Shown here: piece after piece, positions 37,401 to 49,400 of the stretch
Position numbering within the stretch: the stretch's first letter is position 1
How the letters are laid out: every line of letters begins with the position of its first letter
Source of the DNA: Hemiscyllium ocellatum
Lineage: Eukaryota
Assembly: GCF_020745735.1 (NCBI RefSeq)
Contig: NC_083426.1
Coordinates: 39,308,001 to 39,372,000, forward strand
Length of the DNA: 64,000 nucleotides
Direction: 5' to 3'
The notes under the pieces: model-generated
Database searches by the model: none
Told to the model about the DNA's origin: nothing
What the model saw: only the letters and a program-made list of their open reading frames with translations
Translations under genes and position numbers: made by a program

Positions 37401-40400
37401 CAACTTTGCCAACACCTTCCACCCTGCCCTCAAATTCACCTGGATCATTTCTGATACCTCCCTCCCCTTCTTGGACCTCACTGTCTCCATCTCCGGAAAC
37501 TGACTCATCATTGGTATCTATTTCAAATCCACTGATTTACACAACTACCTTGACTACACCTCTCACCCACTGTCCTGTAAAAATGCTTGCTGATAATCCC
37601 AATCCCTCCGACTCCACCGCATCTGCTCCCAGGATGAAGCATTCCACTCCAGGATGTCCCAGATGTTGGAGGCCAACACCACAGCTTCTCATGTTAGGTA
37701 TGGCTGCATTTGTTGGAGAGGTTTTCCTGAGTTACATCAAATTGATTCCAAATTTTACTGAACTACTTGATTTTGATCTAACTTTTGTCAACTGTTGTCT
37801 TGATCCCAAGGGTGGTCAGTCATCTTTTGGAATATGGCTGTTTTTGTCTATATTTGGACTGAAGTCGTGATGAGAAGTTGAGTGGCATAGCAGAACCCCA
37901 GATGAACCATTTGAAATTCATTTGACTTGGGATGCAGGGAGATTGTATCAAGGTTTGAGACTTGTCCAAGTCTAGTATTTAGGGAGGATTTTGAAACTAA
38001 AATGCAGTCAAGTTAAATACACAATCAGAATTGGTTATGGAAAATGGACTTTTCAATACTTGCACTGTTTGCAATTTTAAGATTTTGGTTTGGATCCACC
38101 AGTTTTAAAACCAAGGATGCAACTTAGAATAAATGGAGGAAACTGATCCAGCTGCTTACAAAAGATCCATGAGCTGATACTATTATGGGAAAGGTTATAC
38201 AAGGATTGTTTTCATTATTTGGAATAGGATCTGACACCATACTGGCGATGTCTGTCAGCTAGAAAATATATGGCTAGTTTACAAATAAAAGTTGAGCATA
38301 CATACAAAGGAAAATTGTTTGTATCTGTTGAATGTTCCAGCAAATCTATTGCTCCAAGTTTCAATTTCCTCCCATCAAGTCAAATTTTAAACATTGGCAG
38401 AGTGAAGGGCTGCTTTGCTGTGTCAGAATCTTATTTTAAATGTCAGTGGGAATAACAACCTGCCAATCTGATACTTGGCAATGCGTAAGATGTCTGGACA
38501 TAGAACTTTCAAACTGGAACCAAGTTAGGTGCAAGCTAGGTCCCAATGCTCTTGTACAAAAACAGATATAGCTGGAAAACTCATGTCTGGCAGCATCTGT
38601 GGTGAGAAAGCAAACTCGAGGTTTCAAGACCAGTGACCCTTCTTCAGAACTGAATGTTGGTACATATGCTGATGGTTTGGTCAGGGGCATGAAAGTGTGT
38701 GGGCCCTAAAATTATTGAAATTGATACTGAGTCCTGACAGCTTAGTCCACAAGCAAAAGTGAGATGCTTAGCACTGCAGCAAGCCCGAGACAGATGTTGG
38801 CCAGGGAACAGAGTGGTATGTTCAAGTGACAAGCAACCAGAAGCTCGGAGTCATTTTTGCAGACAGAATGTCTGCCCAATGCAGCTGAGACCATGTCGTG
38901 AACAGAGAATACAGTGGATTACATTGTATGACCTGCATCACCTGGAAGGTATGTCTAGGGCAGAGGAGGGAGGAAGTAAAAGGGTAGGTGTTTCACCTTC
39001 TGTGATTACATGGTGAAGTCTTGTGGGAGTTTGAGGAGATGTTGGGATGGAAGAAGAATGGATCCGGAGGAAGGCTGACAAGGAGTGGGGGATATGTCTG
39101 GTGGCCTTCTGCTGGAGGTGGCATAAATGGTGGTCTGTGATCCTTTTGGATGTGGATGCTGCTAGAGTAGTTAACAAAGTCAAGAGGACCCTTTTTGGAG
39201 TTGAGGGAGGGAAGAGAAGGGTTGAGAGCAGAAGTGCAGGAAATGGGTTGGGCACAGTTGAGAGCCTTATGAGCCAGGGTGGAGGGGTCTGCTGCCTTTT
39301 ATCGAGGAAGAAGTGGAGAGCCCTGAGACCATCTTAATGGGGGTATGGATGTGTAAAGGGATTTCATGACCATGGTGAAGAATAGGTGGCTGGTATCTGT
39401 GAACTGGAACTTCTGAAACTGTGTCAGAAGAATCACAGACGTGATTGAGAAGGGACTGGAAAAGAGGAAGGGGAAAAATAAAATCAAATTGAAGTCAGTT
39501 CTGCAGGGCAGAAGCAAGCAGAAATTTTCTCGCTCTCGCTGTATACTGATTCCACCGTTGTGATTCATTTCATGCACCAGGTGAGGTTCATCTAAAGATT
39601 TCTGCTTCCCAACCTGACCCCTCACCTTAGATGTGGTGACCCTCTGGTTAAACCATCCCAGTCTTGTCTCTCTAATGAGAGACAACTTTAACCTGTATTT
39701 AAGAGTAATGCTGCTGGATTAATTTTCACCTAAATTGAGTAACCCTGACACACTTTATGCTAAAAGGTACTCGCTTTGTGATGAACACTCTATAATTGTT
39801 GTGAAATATGGTATCCTGTTGCCACAAAGTAATGTTTCTTTTATAGGCCTCAGGAGTGCTCTTTGCAATTGGTGCTGTTCTCATCACAACTGTTGGTGTT
39901 GTTGTGGGACATTATGTTCTGTCAAAAAAGAAGAAGCCTGCGATCACTTTAAAAGATCACAATGAGAAGTATCCACTGCGATTAATAGATAAGGAGGTGA
40001 GTGTGACACCTTTTTTGTATTCTGTATTTTCAAAAATTGAGAACCTGCAAGTACTCATTTTTGTTTTTTTTTAACAGGTTGTGAGCCACGACACCAGGCG
40101 GTTTCGCTTTGCTCTCCCTTCAGCAGAACACATTCTTGGTTTGCCTGTAGGTAAGTTACTTAGAGCCTCAGCAACAGCTGTATTGGCTGATTGCTGTACA
40201 ATGGCCTGGATTCATTTGTTCGTCCCCACTGTCTTTCCCTGCATGGTCTAACCAAAACGGAAGTCTTTATTAATACATTAAGGTGCTGTGTCACTTGTAC
40301 TAGTGCATGCTGTTTATTTATCCAAGCTTTGTATCTAACTGTCCTTCATTGTTAACATGTATAGTAACTCGTCTTTGTTTATCTTAATCGAGAAATGCGC

Positions 40401-43400
40401 AGCACGGAAGTAGACCCTTCAGTCCAACTTGTCCATGTCGATCAGATAACCTAACCTAATCTGGTCCTATTTGTCAGCACTTGGCTCATTTCCCTGTAAA
40501 CCCTTCCTATTCATAGACCCATCCAGATGTGTTTTAAATGTTGTAATTGTACCAGCCTCCACCTCTGACAGCTCATTCCATACACACACTACCCACTGTG
40601 TGAAAGTTTTCCCTTGGGTCTTGTGCTTTGAGCTCTTCCACAGAGATCCCTCCAAGATCAGTTGTGAATTTTGATGTTTAATTTTTCCTGGATGCACTCC
40701 GATATCCAGAAATACATGAACTCAAACAGCAAAGACAGTAACTGTGCGGATTCACTGCTGTCAGACAGCAGTGTTGGTTACTTTCTCTCTACCCCTCACT
40801 GACCATGTGGTTGCAGCCTTTATCTGTCTTCCTCCTTTTAAAAGTGCCATTGTTTTGATCTTTTTCCCGTGAAGTTTCAAAACAATGCAACAGCATATAA
40901 AACAGTAAATGCTGCTCCTAGAATTTGAGGAAATCACCCTCAACATCTAAAATACGTCAAAGGAGCAGTTCTTACAGTAACAATTAAAGCAGATCGCCGT
41001 TGTTTACAGCTACCTTTATTGAGGCAAGAGGAGAGGGGTTGGGAAAGGAGTGATATTCTGTAATACTTCCCAAAATGGCTCTAATTAAAGGGTGGGAAGA
41101 TAGTGGTCATATTACTCGACTGATCAGGCTAATACTTTCAGGATGTGGGTTCAAATCCTCCAATGGCAGCTGATGGAATTTAAGGTCAAATAATTTTTTA
41201 AAAATGAAAAGGAAAGCTGGTCTCATTAACGATAACCATGAAACTGTTAGCAGTTATCATAAGCAGCTATTTGGTTCACTTAAGAGAGGGAATTTTGTCA
41301 TTCTTCCAAACCCAGTTACTTTAGCTGTCTTCAAAAGTGGCACTTGATGCAAGGCAAGTTGTGGATGGGATCAAATACTGGCTTGTCAATAATGTCCACG
41401 TTCCATCAAAGGAAGAAAAATAATGCTTTTGATGTTGCTTTGAATGCTATAGTAACTCAAATTCTTGGATTTGTGTATTTCTTAAAAAAAAACATGATTA
41501 CAGGAAATTCTGTTTCCTGCAAAGTCAAACCCAGATGGGATTTAAGGATATTTTCCCAACATTATTTTTCTAGCATTTTTTTTGTTTGCTCCAACTAATT
41601 TGTGCATAGACTTTCTCATTTCTATACTTGTTTCCCTTGTGTAAGCTGTTCTCACTCCCTTTTTATACTGTGTTCTGCTTAACAAGTTGAGAAAAATACC
41701 CAACAGAAGAAAATATGTACTTATGGCCCGCCAGACACACAGCCTAAACTTCTCCTTCTGTAAGCAATGACCCAGGACATCTACTAGTTCAGTTAAAATT
41801 CTATTCATTCACCTGTTTTTAATTTTATATTGAAGCAGATGTTTGACTTGGAACTTTCCCTACAGGAAAACATGTGTATCTCTCTGCAAGAATTGATGGA
41901 AGCCTTATTGTACGGCCATATACTCCAGTTAGCAGTGATGACGACAAAGGCTATGTGGATCTTGTTGTCAAGGTAATGCCTGTTTCTTTATTCGCCAATC
42001 AACTTGTTGCTTCATATACTTTTAAATATGGTGAGCTCTGTGAATGTAGAATTTTGAACCAGAAAGTAGGCAGATTAAATAATTTTTTTCATCATTTAAA
42101 CAAGAATGAAACTTGCTGTTTGTTTGTTATTTATCTATGAGCAGCTAAGTCCTTACTTCTCAAGTTGTTTGACTTATTTGCTTCAAAGTGCCTGTTACGT
42201 TTTCGGGATTCTGATATTAAGTGTTGCATACAAGTATAAACTTGCTTTACTATTCAACAAAGTTATAGCTGATCTACCTTAATTCTACTTTCTTACACCA
42301 TCCCCATTACCTCTATTCAACAATATATTGCATTGTCTTGAATATATTCTAGGCTTGTGATCCACAACCTCTCGAGAATTCAAAAGATCCACAATCCTTT
42401 GAGTGAAAACTTTCCCTTATTTCAGCCCTAAATAGCTAACCCTTTGTCTAGACTCTTCTTTAAGCACTTGCTGCATTCCTTACAAACAACAGTTTACTGC
42501 TATTACGTAATTTCTAGTAATCTGATAACACCACCTCTCATGCCAATCTAATGAAAACCTCTTGTACAAGTTTGGTCCTGTAACCCCTCATGCTCAACTA
42601 AGTTTGTTCTGCCTTCAGAAAGGTAAAATGTGCATTAAATTGAATAATTTTCATGTAAAGTTTTTGAAGATGTGTAGTTTGAGCTGATTAGATTCATTGT
42701 TGGTCTGTTCACTGAGCTGGTAGGTTTGTTGGCTGACGTTTCATCCTCTTTCATCAAGATGATATCACCTAGAAAGGGGATAAAGTGTCTGCCAACAAAC
42801 CTGTCAGCTCAGCAAACAGACCAAAACAAATCCAAGTTTTTTTTTGTGTACTGTAATCGTTAGAAAATAATGAAGTGCATTAGACTTTTTTCTGACCAGT
42901 CTCCCCAAAACTAATCAGGCTGTGCGTTTGCATTTCTGATGCATATGTCTTTGCTGGACAAAAAGCCAATAGCTTGACCTCTGATCCTGCTTTGTTCTGT
43001 CTGTAGATTGTCCAGAACCTGTCAGTCAAACTAGTATTCATTTTTTTTCTGACTACAAAATGGGGAGTTCCTTTGTAGAGCTAGCTATTCACAAGGCTAA
43101 GGCTGATGCCGTATCAGTTTAAACACTATCTTCTATTTATAAATCTCACTCAAGCAGATGTAGACCAAGACCAAATCTTGGTCTTCCTGGTTTGTGACTT
43201 CTGATTACATATTGGCTCACTTGAGGAGGATCTTATCACAAGATAAGAGACACACTTGTTATTAATTACTTGGTGCATTATCCAAGTTAACAATGTAATA
43301 CAACTGCAAGCACAGTGCTGTTTTCCACTTGGGCCTTTTATAGTTCCTAGGACACAGTATTGAGTTCCCAAACTTGAGTATGGCCTCTGACCTCCATTTT

Positions 43401-46400
43401 TCTCAGATTGCCCCCATCTCCGCAGAGCGTGATTAATTGATTTTGTTATCAGCACAGCAGACCCATATTCTCCTTTCCATATCGTCACTTACACCTATAT
43501 TCACATTTCCATTTCTCCTTTACCACCATTACACATCTTGTATGTTTTTCTCCAGCCACCCTCACAAATGTGTTCCAGTTGCTTGCTCTCGGTCCATGCT
43601 GTGGGCATCACTGGCACAGCCACATTTGTTACCCATTTCTAATTGCCTTTGAACTAAATGACATGCTACATCACTTCCAAGTCAACCATATTGTTGTGGG
43701 TCAGATAACATTTAGTCCAAACAAGGTACGAATGACAGATTTTTCTCTGAAGGACATGAGTAGGAAAATTGTGTTTTTACAATTGTTATTTTGACTACCT
43801 TTCATTTTCTACATTTATTAATTACCTGACCTTCAGCTGCAACTGTAGGATTTGAACCCATGTTCCTGGCTAATGAGGTTTTTAGATTATTAGTTCAGTG
43901 ACATTACCAACATCTTCCCACCTTAGCTGGAACGTGTCATGGAAGTAGCTCTACTCAAAAGCCTTGTGTTCTGATTGGTCAGCAAGAAAACAACTTAAAT
44001 GGTCACCATTAGGCTAGCTTCTGTTTGCAGATTTTGAATTTAAATCTCGCTTTTTCGTGGTGAACCTGTACTCTCCTTGACCACCTAGATGGTTCTGTAT
44101 TTCTAAAAGAACTACTTTGTGTCTGTCTCCCTGAATCATAGGATGTTTAGTCAATTTTTGTTCGCTTTCTGCCCTAAGCACTGGCCTATCCACTTCACAG
44201 ATTTTCAAAACCTCATTTTGAAATTTGTTTAAATGCATTTAAGTGACCTGGCATCATTCGTAGAACTCAATAAAACAAAAGCTATATCCTTCCTTTAACT
44301 CCTTAAAAATACAGTAATACAAATTAAATTTAATGCTGCGTGCATTTATCCACCTTTTAAAACTAGAGTTTCCAAATAATCTCATGAACCTTCAATACCA
44401 CATAAATAGCCAAAATAGGATAGGGTAAATAGCCAAAAAACTAAGTTGCTCCTTTTGATACAGGTTTTTTAGCACTCTCTCTTTGCATGCATGTACTAAT
44501 TAAAATTGCAGCATATTTAATAAGTTTGTGTATAAATTCTCTTCAGGGAGCAGAGTAAAAGAAAGGACAAAGTAAAAGCGTGCTTTTAAATAAATGCTCC
44601 AAAATTAACATGTCACTATTTAAGTGTTGATCATTGTCTGGAGTCAGTTTAACATTTATGACCAATGAACTGCAAGATTAATGTAAAATTATCCAGATTA
44701 TTAATTCATTGAGACTAATGAGTTTACACAAATTAATTCTGGGTAGTTGGGTAACTAGTAAATAATGGGAATAATTGGACTGCATCAGACTCAGCGGTTT
44801 CTTGCATATCTTGTTTTAAAAACACTATTGTCTGGTATTAAACTAGCCTAAGCATTTGTAATCCAGAGAGCAGAAAGCTATGACCATGGTTGGATTCTCT
44901 GTTCCAGTATTCCTAAAGCAGCACTTGACTTACACAATTCTGTTGTCTATCTGTATAATTTAGCATTTATAAGAGAGGTGGATTTACATTTTAGATAACC
45001 ATTCACTCTTGCCTATTTTAATTTCTTGCCAGAGCTGATGCTAGTTTTAATTCCACATGGCAATATAGAGAACCTGTGTAAACTAGTTTTCTCAGCTTAC
45101 TCAAATTGATATTGTCTTTCTGAAGATCTATTTCAAAGGAGTACATCCCAAGTTCCCAGAAGGTGGCAAGATGTCTCAATACTTGGAAGACCTGAAGATT
45201 GGGGACACCATCCACTTTAGAGGACCGGGTGGATTACTCCTTTATGAAGGAAAAGGTGAAATTTGCGTTTGCAATCCACACTTTAGAACAGTGTTGCTAT
45301 AATCTTGAATTCAAAATAAAAGTCACCATTCCCAAAACCCTCAGTGTAACGTGGTGATTGTAGAATGGGGGATGAAATTAAATTAAGCGGAAGAGGAACA
45401 ACAAATACTTGTTTTCTTTTCGGTGCACTTCTTGGAATAAAAAATTATTCCAGTGTATGGTACGGTGTGAGATGTCTCTGGGCATTAAAAGCATGTAGAT
45501 ACAGTCAGGTTCTAGAAATATTAAAACTCAAGTTATTGAACAACTGACTAACCTTCATAGTCACAAAATTGTTGCATTAATGTAAGTGTGTACTTGGTTG
45601 TTTGACTCTTAGCCATAGAAAGGGCCCAAAACATCACTCTTGTAATGTGTTCTCTGATTCGAATTCCAAATGATGCAATGTCTGCTTTTTACCGATTTGA
45701 AAACAATTGGCAATTATTGGAACAGTGTAAGCTGGGCTGTGCAGTTTGTGATGATAGCTACAGCGATAGTAATCTGCTGTAATGATTTGAGGCAATTTTT
45801 GTAGCGTTTACAACCATCCAGCTTGTGTCACATCCTGTGATAAATTGACTTCACACATGTATGTTTGACCTTCTCAGAAAGAATGTGGCAGGAATTTACA
45901 CGCATTTGAATTATGTTCTACAGTTTAACAAGAACCAGAAAAAAAGTTCAGGATTTTGGGAAATGCAACCATTCCAAAGCTCATACACTGATCTTGATCA
46001 TTTTTGGATTTGTTTGAAAGAATAATAAGGTGCTACAGCAGATGTTTTAATCATTACATGCATAAAAAATGCAGAGGTTATGATTCTTCATCTTTGTCTG
46101 CATTTTAGTGAAATATTACTTGGAATTGTTGGACCTATAGAAAGTTAAATTTTAATATAATTTGTCGGCTTCTGGATACTTTTTAATCTGTGTTTTAACA
46201 AGTGCAGCACAATTTGGAGTGATCTTTTGATTTTTTTTTTCCCTCTTGGATCTGGGTGACCTTAATTCCCTGAAGTTCTTGTCTTGTTACCGTTCTTAAG
46301 CTGTTCTTACAAAGATAGAGCATTTCAGCAAATGGCCCAGCGTTAAAGGCTCATTATTGCTTATCTAAGTTGAGAATTTGAGGTACTGGTATTGGCACGT

Positions 46401-49400
46401 CATTGCTGTTTTTGATCTTCTCAATGGCCGAGGCTGTGGCAGACGTATCTGACTTTAAAAGAGAGCTTGATGGCTTATAGCAATAGATTGGTTCATATTT
46501 TATGACAGAGGAATTGGAATTTGAGCTTCCTTGAACTTCACACTAGCACACAGGCAAGTGGTGAGTATTCATCCTATAACAATTACTTATTGTAAATGGT
46601 GAGAAGACATCAGAGGCCAGAAGGTGAGTCCTTTCTTGAGTAGCACTCAGTCTCTGATCTACTTTTGTAGACATTTCTGCACCAACTTCCAGTTGCAGGT
46701 AACCGCCACATCTGGGGAAGCAATAGCCTGGTGGTATTATTGCTGGACTATACATCCAGAAACTCGGCTAATGTTCAGGGATTTCCCCCCCCCTCCAAAC
46801 GATGGATGCTGAAATTTGAATTCAATAAAGAATCTGGAATTAAGGGTCCAATGAAGACCATGAAACCATTGTTATTGGAATAACTTGTCTGATTCTCTGA
46901 TGTCCTATAGGCAAGGAAATCTGTCATCCTTGCCTAGTCTGGTATATATGTGACTCCAGACCCACAGTAAAGTGGTTCACAACAAATGCTGGCCTAGCCA
47001 GAGACTCCTATGCCCATCGGGTGAATTAATCAAAAATATAGTTCTGCACAAGGTGAGAGTGCAGATGCCACAATGCTATGCTATCAGACAACATGAGAGG
47101 GTGACAACTTTATTTCCTGTTGATGACATCGATTCTGTGTATGTGGGCATGTCTTAAACTGCTGCATGTACCTGTGGTCCAGCCAGCATCACTGGCCTGA
47201 TCCCTTGCATCCAGTTATACAGTATCTAAAAGTAAAACATCCAATTCTGGTTGAAAAGTTGAAGCTGATGAATTATGTATATTTAATGAAAAGAAAGGTT
47301 CACTTGTATATGGAAAAACATGATTTTTGGCATCTAAGAAATGGAATTGTCTTATACACTGGATATGCCATTATCTGCAATAATTACATTTGCTCATGCA
47401 TCTTAGTAAGATATAAATCTAAGATAAGTAATCTAATCTAATCTAATTAATATGATGCCTTAACTAGCATCTGCTTCTGATGTGGAGAAAAGTTTCCCAA
47501 CTTCCCATGATTGAATTGATTCTGGGAAACTTATGTCCCATTGTCCTACACTGACCCAATGTATTCCTTTCAATGTCTATAATCTAAGGTGTCAAAAACT
47601 GTGTGCTACCTCTAATATGGTCTGGACAGGGCTTTCTACAGTGAGGGCAAAACATTCTAATAGTTTTTTTTATCATTTCTGTACTTGAATAAAGATTTCA
47701 TGATCTAGAAGATTAAGATTAATGGAATCCACAGTGACTTGGCTGTGTGGATTCAGAATTGGCTTGTCCATAGAAGGCGGAGGGTAGTGATGGAAGGGTT
47801 TTTCAGGCTGCACCTCCATGACTAGTGGTATTCTGCATGGATCTGTACTGGGACCTCTGCTATTTGTGATATTTGTAAATGACTTGGATGAAAATGTAGA
47901 TGGGTGGACTAGTAGGTTTGCAGATGATGCAAAGATCAGTTGGGTTGTGGATCATGTTGAAGAATACAGCAAAATCAGTTGTGGAAATGGGTGAATAAAT
48001 GGCAGATGAAGTTTAATCTGGGTAAGTGTGAGGTGCTGTACTTTGGGAGATCAAATGTTATGTAAAAGTATACAGTTAATGGCAGGATCTTGAACAGCAT
48101 TGTACAGAGGAACCTTGGGGTTCAAATCCATAGCTCCCTGAAAGTGGCCACTTCAGTAGATAGGGTGGTAAAGACATATGACATGCTTGCCTTTATTGGT
48201 CAGAGATCTAAGTACAAGAGTTAGGATGTCATGTTGCAGCTTTCTAAGACTTTAGTTAGACCACACTTGGGGTATTATGTTCAGTTGTGGCCGCCACATT
48301 ACAGGAAGGATGTGGAGGCTTTAGAGAGGGTGCCGACGAGGTTTACCAGGATGCTGCCTGGATTACAGAATATTAGCTATAAGGAGAAGCTAGGAAAACT
48401 CAGGTTATTTTCTATGGAGTGGCTGATCAGAGACTTGAAAGAGCTGTTTAAAATTGAGATGTATAGATAGATAGAGTTGACAGTCAGAATCTATTTCCCA
48501 GAGTTGAAATGTCTACTAGTAGGGGGCATGCATTTTAAATGAGGGGAAAGGTCAAAGGAGATGTGAGGGGTAAGTCTTTTTACACGAAAGTGGTAGGAGT
48601 CTGGAATATGCTGCCAAGGATGTGACAAAGGCAGATACAATAGGAACGTTTAAGGCTCTTTTAGATCAGCACATCTCCATGCAAGGAATGGAGGGATGCC
48701 TCTGATGCAGACAGCATCCTGGTAAACCTCATCGGCACCCTCACCAATGTGGAAACAGGCCATTCAGCCCAACAAGTCCACGCTGACCCTCTGAAAGGCA
48801 TCCCATCCCCCTACCCCTACCCCTGCATTTTCCATGGCTAATGCACTAATCTACACATCGCTGAACACAATGGGTAATTCAGCATATCCAATCCTTAACG
48901 TGCACATCTTTGGACTGTGGGAGGAAACCGGGGCACCCACAGGAAACCCACGCAGACAGAGAATTTGCAACAGACAGTCGCCCAAGGTCGGAATTGAACC
49001 AGGGTCCCTGGTGCTGTGAGGCAGCAGTGCTCACCATTGTGCCACCCTTTCTGAAGAAAGTTATTAGGATACAGTGTTCTCACACCACTGCTGACATGAG
49101 TGTTATGCAAGCAAAGTCAAGAAAGCAAGTCTTTCATGAGCTTAAGATACTCAAAAGCCTCAGTATAATGTCTAATTTGAAAAAAAGGTGAATGGCAAGT
49201 ATCTTTTCCCTGGGGTGGGGATGTTCAGATGAGTGGGTATATTGGTCTTCTGACAGTACAGTGACCCACTAGCCCCAAAATTTGTGGTCAAGTGGAATAA
49301 GACTTCAACTTCAAAGACAAGGTCATGAATCATTTAGCAATACCACAGGACCTCAGTGAAGGTTACCACTGCTGTTGGCCTTATCACCAGAGGAGGGAGA

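Noticed and set aside
39997-40077. 81-nt intron 2 is a multiple of 3, so in-frame retention was considered
   Set aside because: Contains an in-frame TAA at 40072-40074.
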